From the IMG/VR virus record IMGVR_UViG_3300036845_000136, positions 1-56,056 of that record: a stretch of DNA of 56,056 nucleotides. The stretch is one strand, 5' to 3'. The stretch is from a virus (lineage: Duplodnaviria > Caudoviricetes). The notes below the pieces were generated by a model. The model worked only from the letters and a program-made list of their open reading frames with translations. It did no database searches and was not told where the DNA came from. The position numbers were made by a program, and so were the translations under genes. Positions 25,464-34,626 of this stretch are shown one piece after another (position 1 is the first letter of the stretch; each line of letters begins with the position of its first letter).

Positions 25464-26522
25464 ATGATGCACCGCACTCCCGAATTTGCGCGTGATGCCG
25501 CTCGCCTGGAGAGGGAGTGGGGCATCGTTATGCCGTATGCCATGGACTACATGCCGGCAGACTTGCAGATGCCACCCGGCATGGCAGCCGATGCGCAGCC
25601 GCCATTGCTGACCACGCCGAACGCCGGCATTCCCGGGTTCTTCACCCAGCTTGTTGACAGCGAGGTGGTGCGCATCCTGCAAGCCCCGAACAAGGGCAGC
25701 GAAATCCTCGGCGAGCAGAAGAAGGGCTCGTGGGTCGATCAGACCATCTTCATCCCGGTGATCGAGAACACCGGCGAGGTCTCCACCTACGGAGACTACA
25801 ACACGCTCGGTCGCTCGGACGTCAACGAGATGTGGGAACAGCGGCAATCCTACCTGTTCCAGACCATCACCGAATACGGCGACCTTGAGGTCGAACGCGC
25901 TGGCGCTGCAAAGCTGCAATTGGTCAGCGAGAAGCAGCAGGCGGCTGCCAAGACGCTCGATAAGTTCCTCGACCTGACCTACCACTTCGGTATCTCGGGC
26001 CTGATGAACTACGGCCTGCTGAACGATCCGTCACTACCAGCGGCACTGACGCCGTCGACCAAGGCGGCGGGCGGCGTGAAGTGGGTCAATGCCGGCGTGG
26101 TGAATGCGACGGCGGCTGAAATCTACATGGACTTCCAGTCGATGTACAATCAGCTTGCCACGGTCTCGAACGGCTACATCACGCAGGATACCTCGTTCAA
26201 GATGGTGTATCCGAACACGGTGGCCGGGGCGCTGACCGCGATCAACAGCTTCGGCATCACCATCAAGGCGTTCATCAAGGAGAGCTTCCCGAACGTCGAG
26301 TTTGTCTCCGATCCGCGTTACGCGACCACCGGCGGCAACGTGGTGCAACTGATCGCCAAGGAGTTCGATGGCAACAACACCGGCTATTGCGGCTTCAATG
26401 AGAAGAGCCGCGATCATGCCATTGTTCGCAGCCTGTCGAGCTACGCGCAGAAGCGCACGGGCGGTACTTGGGGATGCGTGATCCGATACCCCTTAGCTTT
26501 CTCACAACTACTTGGTGTATAA
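25464..26522 (+). CDS. major capsid protein (DUF2184 family)
   Basis: AGGAG SD; KKGSW, YGDY, RQSYLFQT..YG..E, YGLLNDPSL, GCVIRYP. Confidence 0.9.
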   Translation: MMHRTPEFARDAARLEREWGIVMPYAMDYMPADLQMPPGMAADAQPPLLTTPNAGIPGFFTQLVDSEVVRILQAPNKGSEILGEQKKGSWVDQTIFIPVIENTGEVSTYGDYNTLGRSDVNEMWEQRQSYLFQTITEYGDLEVERAGAAKLQLVSEKQQAAAKTLDKFLDLTYHFGISGLMNYGLLNDPSLPAALTPSTKAAGGVKWVNAGVVNATAAEIYMDFQSMYNQLATVSNGYITQDTSFKMVYPNTVAGALTAINSFGITIKAFIKESFPNVEFVSDPRYATTGGNVVQLIAKEFDGNNTGYCGFNEKSRDHAIVRSLSSYAQKRTGGTWGCVIRYPLAFSQLLGV

Positions 26523-26571
26523 CACTTTTCTCAGCTTTTGCGATATAATCGGAGTGCGTGTATGTTGATGC

Positions 26572-27501
26572 ATGAACGCAAAAACTGGCACCGAGAAAGT
26601 ATGCGAAGTCTGCGGCAAGGCATTCTATGCCCAAGCGCATCGAGCAGCAGAGGCAAGGTTCTGTTCGCGTCAGTGTCTGGGGAAAGGGCGAACTAAGCGC
26701 CCCAGGAATGAAGCAGAGGTAACGTGCCGTCGATGCGGCAAGGTCTTTATCGTTCCCAAGCACCGAGCGGCGGTCGCTGTCTACTGTTCGATGGCCTGTT
26801 CGGCGCGTCAGTTGCTTCCAGAGGAAGCGGGTGGAAAGAAGCGATGTCCTGACTGTCAGGAGATCAAGCCGCTCGACGCGTTCTATCCGAGCAAAAATGG
26901 GTTCCAGGGCGTCTCGGGATATTGCATTCCGTGCGACAAGGCGCGCCGGAATGCACGGTCCGCGCTTGACCGCGATACACCCCGAGCAAGAGCAAAGGCT
27001 TGGAGTGCAGCCCACCCGGAACGCAAGAAGGACAACGATGCCCGCTGGTATTCCGACAACAAGGATTACGCCAACGAACGTGGCACAGCCTACTACGTCG
27101 CCAACAAGCCTAAGCTACGGGCCAAGAACAAAGAGTGGCGAGTCGCGAACTCCGCCCAAATAACAGAACAAAACCGTCAAAAGCGCATCATCAACGGCGA
27201 CGGTATTCGCGCCAAACGACGCCAGCACTATGCCGACAACAAGGCCGCCTATATCGCCAATGCGCGCAGGCGCGAGGCCGACAAGCTGCGGGCGACACCG
27301 GCATGGGCAGATCACAAGCTGATGCTCGCGTTCTACGAACGCGCCGAGGAGATGACTCGCGCCACCGGCATCGCGCATCACGTCGATCACATAATCCCGC
27401 TGCGCAGTCCCCGCGTGTGCGGACTTCACGTTCATTACAATCTGCAAATCCTGACTGCGGAAGAAAACCTGCGGAAAGGAAACAACTTCACCGGAGGGTG
27501 A
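26572..27501 (+). CDS. HNH homing endonuclease with N-terminal zinc-ribbon repeats
   Basis: CEVCGK..FCS..C, CRRCGK..YCS..C, CPDC..CIPC; C-terminal HHVDHIIPL..VCGLHVHYNLQILTAEEN..K.N; TATAAT upstream. Confidence 0.85.
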   Translation: MNAKTGTEKVCEVCGKAFYAQAHRAAEARFCSRQCLGKGRTKRPRNEAEVTCRRCGKVFIVPKHRAAVAVYCSMACSARQLLPEEAGGKKRCPDCQEIKPLDAFYPSKNGFQGVSGYCIPCDKARRNARSALDRDTPRARAKAWSAAHPERKKDNDARWYSDNKDYANERGTAYYVANKPKLRAKNKEWRVANSAQITEQNRQKRIINGDGIRAKRRQHYADNKAAYIANARRREADKLRATPAWADHKLMLAFYERAEEMTRATGIAHHVDHIIPLRSPRVCGLHVHYNLQILTAEENLRKGNNFTGG

Positions 27502-27503
27502 GA

Positions 27504-27932
27504 ATGCCAGGAACCGTCACCGTTGCGTGCAAGATCCCCAACGGGCTGATGATTCGCACGTTCGTCAACGAGACGTATGACGAGCCGGTGATGGCGGGTG
27601 GCACCAAGGTGGTGACGCGCTCGCGACCGGAGGGATGGAGCCACAAGCTGAACGGTCCGGCGCGCGCGATCGGCAAGGACGTGAATTATCAAATCGTCCA
27701 CGGCGCCGGCATTACGCACGGGGTTGACGCTGACAAGTTCGCGCTCTGGCTGGAACAGAACAAAGACGCTGATTACGTGGTCAAGGGCCTCGTGTTCGCC
27801 CAGGTGAAGGCCGATGCGGTGATCACGCAGGCGTATGAGCATCGCAACGAGAAGTCCGGTGGCGAGGCGGTCGATCCGCAGAACCTGCCGCCTGAGTTCA
27901 AACGAACCATTACGACCGCAAACGCTGCCTGA
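27504..27932 (+). CDS. conserved head-region protein
   Basis: ATG at 27504 after GGAGGG; VTVACKIPNGL, GITHGVDADKFALW. Confidence 0.7.
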   Translation: MPGTVTVACKIPNGLMIRTFVNETYDEPVMAGGTKVVTRSRPEGWSHKLNGPARAIGKDVNYQIVHGAGITHGVDADKFALWLEQNKDADYVVKGLVFAQVKADAVITQAYEHRNEKSGGEAVDPQNLPPEFKRTITTANAA

Positions 27933-27944
27933 AAGGAACCCATC

Positions 27945-28436
27945 ATGGCCCTGGTCATCATCGCGTCACAGCACCCGATGTCGGTGCGTATTCACATGGT
28001 CGATCCGGACGCTCCGGAGGGCACTGAGCCGGTCTACGACGAGATCCTGGGCAATCGCGAGCCGGGCGCGGTCGAGGGCTATGGCCTGACCTATGACGTC
28101 GACGACGCCATCTTCAATAGCTGGGCCGCAGCGTATCCGGACGTTGCCGCTGGCATGAAGATCACCGACGAGGCGGAGATCGACACGTGGCGCGATGCCG
28201 CGAATCACTACGGCTACGAGCTTGGTCTGGAGGACGCCGAGAAGGCGAACGCCGAAGATCCCAAGGTGCCGATGCTCGAGGAAGCCATGGCCAATCTCGA
28301 TGAGGCCAGGGCGAAGCTGGCAGACGATCAGCACGCCGTTACGGTAGCCGAGGCGCGTCTGGTGCGCGTGACGGCGATGCCGCCGCCAGCGCCCGTCCAG
28401 CCAGCTCCTGCGGCCCCAGCGCCAGCGCCGGCCTGA
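27945..28436 (+). CDS. paralog of the head-region protein with coiled-coil/Pro-Ala tail
   Basis: First ~95 aa closely match the next gene; AAGGA SD. Confidence 0.7.
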   Translation: MALVIIASQHPMSVRIHMVDPDAPEGTEPVYDEILGNREPGAVEGYGLTYDVDDAIFNSWAAAYPDVAAGMKITDEAEIDTWRDAANHYGYELGLEDAEKANAEDPKVPMLEEAMANLDEARAKLADDQHAVTVAEARLVRVTAMPPPAPVQPAPAAPAPAPA

Positions 28437-28440
28437 TCCG

Positions 28441-29016
28441 ATGGCCCTGGTGATCATCGCCTCGGAGCATTCGATGGCGATCCGCATCCATGATGTGGAC
28501 GCCCCGGAGAATGCGACGCCAGCCCAGTTCGATATCGCTGGCAATCGTTCGCCCGGGGCGGTAGCGGGAAAGGGTCTGACCCGCGATGTGGATCAGGCCG
28601 TGTTCGAGGGCTGGGCGGCGGCAAATCCTGATGTTGCCGCTGATATGCAGATCACCACCGAGGAAGAGATCGCGTACTGGATCAGGCCCAAGAACGCATA
28701 CGGCTACGAACTCGGGCTTGATGAAGAGGGCACCGCTCCCCCGCCTGTGCTGCCTCCCGAGAACGTCGATGTGCCTCACGTCACGCAGAGCGGCGCCGTG
28801 CTGAACTGCACGATGGGCAACTGGAACGGCGAGCCAACTTCGTACGCCTATCAGTGGCAGTTAAACGGCGTGAATGTCGGCACTAATGCCGCCAACTACA
28901 CGATCCACGCCGATGAGGTCGGTCAAACCGCGACCTGCACCGTGACCGCGACCAATGCTGCGGGTTCGACGACGGCGCCACCGTCGAACCCCTTGACGGT
29001 CGTTTCAATCGAATGA
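28441..29016 (+). CDS. paralog with C-terminal Ig-like domain
   Basis: LNCTMGNW..PTSYAYQW..G...YT...VG.T.TCTVTATNAAG Ig-like pattern. Confidence 0.75.
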   Translation: MALVIIASEHSMAIRIHDVDAPENATPAQFDIAGNRSPGAVAGKGLTRDVDQAVFEGWAAANPDVAADMQITTEEEIAYWIRPKNAYGYELGLDEEGTAPPPVLPPENVDVPHVTQSGAVLNCTMGNWNGEPTSYAYQWQLNGVNVGTNAANYTIHADEVGQTATCTVTATNAAGSTTAPPSNPLTVVSIE

Positions 29017-29522
29017 GCGGCGTTACCGTTCCCCCGATCGTCTTCGACTATGCCGCGTGGCTGCTGATGTTCCCCGAGTTCGCCGCGGTCACCGAGCCGC
29101 GTGCGCAGTTGTTCTGGAATGCGGCGGGCGGCATTTGCGACAACACCGCCACCTCGCCGTTCGATGTGACGCTACTGCCGAGCTACCTCAACGTGCTGAC
29201 CGCCCATATCGCGGCGCTGAACGGGGGCCTGACCGCGACCGGCTCGATTGCCCCTGGCAGCGGCCCGCAGCCGGTGGGGCGGCTTGCGAGCGCCAGCGAG
29301 GGCTCGGTCTCGGCGAGCTATGAATACGGCGGCGGCGAAGGCGGCGGTCCGTCAGAGGCTTGGTATACCCAGACCAGCTACGGCGCGCTCTACTGGGCTA
29401 TGACGGCGCAATATCGCACATGGAAATACTTTGTGGGCCCAGAGCGGTTTCCTGAATATCCGTATTACGGGATGTTCGGCCAACCGCCGGTGTTCGGTCC
29501 GTGGGGTCGTCGATCCGGGTAG
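29013..29522 (+). CDS. DUF4054 head-tail adaptor
   Basis: FPEF, LTAHIAAL, VGR.ASASEGSVS, WYTQTSYG..YW. Confidence 0.85.
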   Translation: MSGVTVPPIVFDYAAWLLMFPEFAAVTEPRAQLFWNAAGGICDNTATSPFDVTLLPSYLNVLTAHIAALNGGLTATGSIAPGSGPQPVGRLASASEGSVSASYEYGGGEGGGPSEAWYTQTSYGALYWAMTAQYRTWKYFVGPERFPEYPYYGMFGQPPVFGPWGRRSG

Positions 29523-29668
29523 GCGATGCCGACGCGAGGCCCACTCAATCACGAGCCGCCATTGCAGCCCCGGACGCCCTCGGTGCCCTGGCCGCCCACG
29601 GCGCCCCGGACGCCGCTACGACCGCTCAGTTGGTGGCGACGCTTCCTGATCTGGCTGCGAGGATCGTG

Positions 29669-30220
29669 ATGGCGACAGTAACAGGCGGCGCGAAGCTGCG
29701 GGCGACGCTCGAACAATACAAACGCATGGCGACAGGTCCTGATCGGGTCAAGGTGGGCTTCCTTGAGGGCTCTTATCCGGAAGGCCCGCCGATCGCCACC
29801 GTCGCGGCATGGAATGAGTTCGGACGCGGCCCGGGGACAGCGGTGCGCGGCAAGAGAGAAACGCATCAGGACTTTGCCCGTCGGTCGCATCATTTTGTCG
29901 ATGTGGAGTTCGGGCTACCTGCGCACGGCCAGCCGCCGAGACCCTTCTTCCGCAACATGATCGCCGAGCAAAGTCCGACCTGGGGCCGGAAGGCCGCCTC
30001 GATCATGAGGGGCAACGGCAACGATATCGCCGCGACGCTCGAGGTGATGGGGCAGGAAATCGCCGGGAGGCTCAAGGAGTCGATCAACGCGCTGACCGAT
30101 CCGCCGCTGGCGCCAAGCACCATCGCGCGGAAGGGCTTCGACAAGCCCCTGATTCATACCTCGCTGATGGTGAACAGCGTCAGTCATGTCGTGGAGGGAG
30201 GCGATGCCGGTGGGACCTGA
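29669..30220 (+). CDS. neck / tail completion protein
   Basis: VKVGFLE, VAAWNEFG, PPRPFFR, PPLAPSTIARKGFDKPLI.T. Confidence 0.8.
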   Translation: MATVTGGAKLRATLEQYKRMATGPDRVKVGFLEGSYPEGPPIATVAAWNEFGRGPGTAVRGKRETHQDFARRSHHFVDVEFGLPAHGQPPRPFFRNMIAEQSPTWGRKAASIMRGNGNDIAATLEVMGQEIAGRLKESINALTDPPLAPSTIARKGFDKPLIHTSLMVNSVSHVVEGGDAGGT

Positions 30221-30410
30221 CCAAGAGCCGCTGTTGCAGTTCTTCGCCACCGAGCATCTGCGCGACGATCTCAAGATGATCGTGCAGCCGTTTCGTGATC
30301 TGGCGGTGCAGATGGTCGCCATGCTGCCGCGCAACCCAGAGCGCACGACCATGGTGCGGAACCTGATGACGGCGAAGGACAATGCCGTTCGCGCGAAGCT
30401 CTGGAAGTGA
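30204..30410 (+). CDS. small helical protein, possibly Acb2/Tad1-like
   Basis: GGAGG SD; LQFF..HL...PF..LA......PRNPERT...R.L..AKD.AVRA. Confidence 0.5.
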   Translation: MPVGPDQEPLLQFFATEHLRDDLKMIVQPFRDLAVQMVAMLPRNPERTTMVRNLMTAKDNAVRAKLWK

Positions 30411-30772
30411 ATCTCCACCAGTTAGTTTCAGGTGTCGTGGGCTCGATCAACCCGTTCCAGACGGTGAGCATCCGACGCAACACCGGATACACCATCACGC
30501 CAGACGGCATGCGCATCGCGGTCTACGTCACGCTGAGTGGCATCGCGCAGGTCCAGGACCTGTCCTCCGATGATCTCAAGCTGGTCGAGGGGCTCAACAT
30601 CCAAGGCGCCCGCAAGACGGTCTATCTCAATGGCACCTGGGCCGGCGTTGTGCGCGCCGCGGGCAAGGGCGGCGATGTATTTACATTCGATGGTTACGAT
30701 TGGCTGGTGACACTTGTCGCGGAAGCGTGGCCCGATTGGACAAAAGTAATTGTAACTCTCCAGTCCCCTTAA
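30407..30772 (+). CDS. head closure protein
   Basis: MNLH.LV, QVQ.LS..DL, GGD, WLV..V.E.WPDW; position in the neck module. Confidence 0.75.
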   Translation: MNLHQLVSGVVGSINPFQTVSIRRNTGYTITPDGMRIAVYVTLSGIAQVQDLSSDDLKLVEGLNIQGARKTVYLNGTWAGVVRAAGKGGDVFTFDGYDWLVTLVAEAWPDWTKVIVTLQSP

Positions 30773-30785
30773 CGGGAGAACGGAC

Positions 30786-31019
30786 ATGCCTCTCACTGAC
30801 AAAGGAACCGCTATCAAGTCGGCTCTTACCAAGGAATACGGCGAGAAGAAAGGCGAACAAGTTCTGTACGCCGGGAAGAACAAGGGGACGTTCACCGGCA
30901 TCGATCGCGCTTTCACCTCGACTTATCGCGGAATGAACGGCGATCAGCAACCGCCGTTGGTAACGACGCCGAACGCGGGGCTGCCGGGCTTCATGACCAC
31001 CGTAGACGACGACGACTGA
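30786..31019 (+). CDS. 77-aa protein ending in a copy of the capsid N-terminal arm
   Basis: GGGAG SD; DQQPPLVTTPNAGLPGFMT matches capsid DAQPPLLTTPNAGIPGFFT. Confidence 0.75.
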   Translation: MPLTDKGTAIKSALTKEYGEKKGEQVLYAGKNKGTFTGIDRAFTSTYRGMNGDQQPPLVTTPNAGLPGFMTTVDDDD

Positions 31020-31022
31020 TGC

Positions 31023-31733
31023 ATGGCGACGCTGATCGACCTGACAGAAGTCGCCGTCCTGACCGGGGTTCGGGCGATGCTGCTCGCAGTGCTGCCTTCC
31101 GGTATTGAGGTAATTAGAGCGCAATCGAACCGAGTTCCCGAGCCGCTTGGCCCTGATTTTGTCGTTATGACGCCCCTCCGGCGCACACGCCTTTCGACCA
31201 ACATCGATAACGACGCCGACATTCAGATCGCTGGCGGCATCGCGTTCAGCGAGATGACGGTCTCCGCTGTTGCCAACGGCACGCTGTCCCCTGGCCAGGA
31301 ACTGACCGGCCCTGGCGTCGTGATCGGCAGCATCATCATCGAGCAACTGAGCGGCACGCCCGGTCTCGACGGCATCTACACCATCGCGCCTTCGCAGAAC
31401 GTCGCAACCGGCACGATCTACGCGGGGCTGCACGGCATGATGCAGCCGACCAACTTCACATATCAGCTTGATATCCACGGCCCATCGAGCGCGGAGAACG
31501 CGCAGATCATCAGCACCATCGGACGCGACTGGTGGGCCTGCCAGTTTCTGGCGCCCTACGGCATCCAGCCGCTCTACGCGGACGATCCGCGACAACTGGC
31601 ATTCGTCAATGCTGAGAACCAGTACGAGGACCGCTTCATTGTCGAGATGTGCCTACAGGGCAATCCGACTGTCTCCGTGCTTCAGCAATACGCCGATCAG
31701 GTGAACGTCGATCTGATCAACGCCGCGCAATAA
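31023..31733 (+). CDS. neck / tail terminator protein with inserted beta domain
   Basis: AQSNRVPEP, QLDIHGP, PLYADDPRQ, NAENQYEDR; directly before the sheath gene. Confidence 0.8.
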   Translation: MATLIDLTEVAVLTGVRAMLLAVLPSGIEVIRAQSNRVPEPLGPDFVVMTPLRRTRLSTNIDNDADIQIAGGIAFSEMTVSAVANGTLSPGQELTGPGVVIGSIIIEQLSGTPGLDGIYTIAPSQNVATGTIYAGLHGMMQPTNFTYQLDIHGPSSAENAQIISTIGRDWWACQFLAPYGIQPLYADDPRQLAFVNAENQYEDRFIVEMCLQGNPTVSVLQQYADQVNVDLINAAQ

Positions 31734-31796
31734 GCGCGAAGGGCGCCCGCTTGGCGCCGCCAATTCCCCACGCCGTCTAAAAGAGAGGTTAACGCA

Positions 31797-33542
31797 ATGA
31801 GCGGTTCCACGTTCGCGATCCCGGCATCGCAGATCGTCTCCGTCGTACCGTCAGTGCTGTCCGCTGGCGGTGCTGGATTGGATCTGGTCGGCGTCGCTTT
31901 GACCACGAGCAACCGCCTGCCACTTGGGCAAGTGCAGCCGTTCCCCGATCGAACATCGGTTGCCAACCTGTTCGGCGCGACCAGCCCCGAGGCTGCTTTC
32001 GCTGCCACGTATTTCAATGGCTACGACGGCGCGTTCATGAGACCGGGCAGCTTGTGGATGGCTCAGTATCCGCTGGCAGCGGTGTTCGCCTGGACGCGCG
32101 GCGCGCCGTTAACCGGAATGACGCTGGCGCAGTTGACCGCGATACCGACCGGCAATCTGTCGGTGACGATCGACGGGGTGGCCAAGACTGCCGCTGCGGT
32201 GAACCTCTCGACCGCCACCAGCTTCTCCAACGCCGCGCAGATCATGGAAACCGCGCTGGCGATCTCCGGGCCGCAGACCGCGTCGTTCACCGGCGTGATC
32301 ACTGCGGCTGGCGTGCTGACGGTGACCGCGATGGTCGCTGGCGGCGCCATCGCGGTCGGCAACGAGGTCAAGGGCGCCTTGGTTCTGACCCCAACGATGA
32401 TCACACAACAGCTTACCGGAACGCCGGGCGGCAACGGCACCTATCAGGTCGACAAGCTGACAGCCGTGGCGTCTGGCGCTCTGACGTCAAACGAGCCGGG
32501 CGTGGCGTTCGCCAGTCAGACCAACGCCTTCAGGATCAATTCGGGGTCCAAGGGCGCGACGTCCACTATTACTTTCCCGACTGGCACGATCGCCACGGCG
32601 CTGAGCATGACGCAAGTGCAAGGCGGGGTGATCAGTCAGGGCGCTGCGCCGACGACCCCGACCGCGTTCATGAACAGCCTGATCGCGATCACCCAGAACT
32701 GGGCGTCGTTCACCACGCTGTTCGATCCGGATGCGGGTGCGGGCAATGCGCTGAAGCTCGAGTTCGCCCAGTGGACCAACAACTCCGACACCAACTTCGT
32801 GTACGTCGCCTGGGATACCGACGTGACGCCGACGCTATCGGCGCAGGCGTCGAACAGTCTCGGGGCGCTTCTCGCCGCCAGCGATTATAGCGGCACAGTC
32901 GCGTTCTGGTCGCCAGCCGATGGACCGGCAAAGGCGGCGTTCGTGATGGGTGCGATCGCCTCGATCGACTACTCGCAGACCAACGGCCGCACAACGCTGA
33001 AGTTCCGCAGTCAGTCAGGGCTTGTCCCTGATGTGGTGACCGGCATCGTCGCCACCAATCTCGAGGCGAACAATTACAACTACTACGGGACGTGGAGTAC
33101 GGCGGCGTCCAACTTCACCTTTATGTCGGACGGCTCGCTCTCCGGCCCGTTCTCGTGGATCGACAGCTACATCAACAGCATCTGGCTGGCGAACCGCTTC
33201 CAAGTCGCGCTGATGACGCTGCTCACCAATATGGGCGCGGTGCCGTACAACCCCGCCGGCTACGGGCTGATCATGGCGGCCTGCCAGGACCCGATCAACA
33301 TCGCCGCCAACTTCGGCATCTTCTACACCGGCGTCGTTCTCAGTGCTGCACAGGCCGCCGAGGTGAACTCGCTGGCGGGCGTGCGCATCGACCTGATCCT
33401 GAATACTCAGGGCTATTACCTGTCTATTCGCGACCCCGGTCCTGAAGTGCGAGCGGTGCGCGGTAGTCCCGTTTGCAACTTCTTCTTCTGCGACGGCGGC
33501 AGCGTCCAACGCATCAACCTCTCATCGATGTTGATCCAATAA
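31797..33542 (+). CDS. contractile tail sheath protein (DUF3383)
   Basis: IPASQIVSV.P, FG..S.E, TQNWASF, GRTTLKF, WIDSY, VPYN..G, DGGSVQ. Confidence 0.9.
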   Translation: MSGSTFAIPASQIVSVVPSVLSAGGAGLDLVGVALTTSNRLPLGQVQPFPDRTSVANLFGATSPEAAFAATYFNGYDGAFMRPGSLWMAQYPLAAVFAWTRGAPLTGMTLAQLTAIPTGNLSVTIDGVAKTAAAVNLSTATSFSNAAQIMETALAISGPQTASFTGVITAAGVLTVTAMVAGGAIAVGNEVKGALVLTPTMITQQLTGTPGGNGTYQVDKLTAVASGALTSNEPGVAFASQTNAFRINSGSKGATSTITFPTGTIATALSMTQVQGGVISQGAAPTTPTAFMNSLIAITQNWASFTTLFDPDAGAGNALKLEFAQWTNNSDTNFVYVAWDTDVTPTLSAQASNSLGALLAASDYSGTVAFWSPADGPAKAAFVMGAIASIDYSQTNGRTTLKFRSQSGLVPDVVTGIVATNLEANNYNYYGTWSTAASNFTFMSDGSLSGPFSWIDSYINSIWLANRFQVALMTLLTNMGAVPYNPAGYGLIMAACQDPINIAANFGIFYTGVVLSAAQAAEVNSLAGVRIDLILNTQGYYLSIRDPGPEVRAVRGSPVCNFFFCDGGSVQRINLSSMLIQ

Positions 33543-33567
33543 CTCAAGCACAAGGGGTCATCCCGCT

Positions 33568-34014
33568 ATGGCTACGCTGACCGCAGCAAATGCAAAGTTC
33601 TCTTTGACAATCGCGACCTTGTTTCCGGCACCGCAGTGGTTGGCCGGGTATGCCGCTGACGACGTGTTCACGACTGATGTCGTGGCACCGGTCGAGACGC
33701 TGATGGGCGTTGACGGCATACTGTCAGGCGGCTGGACCGCGGTGCCTAAGGTCCAACACATCAGCCTGCAAGCCGACAGCGACAGCAATCTGATCTTCGA
33801 GCAATGGATGAACAAGATGAACCAATTGCGCGAGACCCTGATTGCCACCGGCAACGTGCAGATCGCGGCAATCAATCAAGTGTATATTCTGAATCAGGGA
33901 TTTCTGACCGGCTATCCGCCGATGGCGGACGCGCGGAAGATATTGCAGCCGCGACGCTATCAGATCACCTGGGGCGAAGTGATCGGCAACCCGATGTCGC
34001 CGCCGGTGGCATAA
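33568..34014 (+). CDS. tail tube protein
   Basis: Follows sheath; GYAADD, MGVDG.LSGG, LQADS.S. Confidence 0.8.
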   Translation: MATLTAANAKFSLTIATLFPAPQWLAGYAADDVFTTDVVAPVETLMGVDGILSGGWTAVPKVQHISLQADSDSNLIFEQWMNKMNQLRETLIATGNVQIAAINQVYILNQGFLTGYPPMADARKILQPRRYQITWGEVIGNPMSPPVA

Positions 34015-34018
34015 TCGC

Positions 34019-34510
34019 ATGGCGCGTAGGACTGCCAATTACCACGTGACAACGCCGGGCCGTGACTACGGCAAGGTCTATCTGCTGACCGAGATGCCCG
34101 CGATGCAGGCCGAGGAATGGGCGGGGCGGTTCGCCTTTCATGTCGCGGGTGACTTCGACCTGGAAGTTCTGAACCAGGGCGGCATGGCGGTGATGACGGA
34201 GTTGGTGCACGCCTGGGCCAAGGTGCCATGGCCGGAGCAGAAGGAACTACTCAGGGAGATGATGACGCAGATCACCATCTGTCCTGACCCAAACAATCCA
34301 AGCTATTCGCGGCCTTTGGTGACGGACGATATCGAGGAGGTGGCGACGCGGCTGCAACTGCGCGATGCGATGATAGAATTACATACGGGTTTTTCCGTAC
34401 GCGGCTTCCTATCGAGACGGACCGAGGAGTCGCGGGACCAACCACCCCAGACTGGTCCGAATACCGCAATCTACCCCGTACCGTCGGAGCTGTTGTCTCG
34501 TCGAGGCTAG
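34019..34510 (+). CDS. tail assembly chaperone (short product)
   Basis: GRD.GK.Y.LTEM.A.QAE.WA, DIEEV.TR..LR; between tube and tape measure. Confidence 0.8.
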   Translation: MARRTANYHVTTPGRDYGKVYLLTEMPAMQAEEWAGRFAFHVAGDFDLEVLNQGGMAVMTELVHAWAKVPWPEQKELLREMMTQITICPDPNNPSYSRPLVTDDIEEVATRLQLRDAMIELHTGFSVRGFLSRRTEESRDQPPQTGPNTAIYPVPSELLSRRG

Positions 34511-34626
34511 CCTCGCTGCACGAATTACAGACGGTCTACGGCACCCGGGACCTCTATGACATGCTGGAGGTGATTATGGTGGATAATCATAATCAGTGGC
34601 TCGCCAGCAAGTGGACTAATCCCTGA
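34387..34626 (+). other. programmed -1 frameshift site and extended chaperone frame
   Basis: In-phase G GGT TTT heptamer at 34387-34393; -1 frame stays open to TGA 34624-34626, which overlaps the tape measure ATG. Confidence 0.8.
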
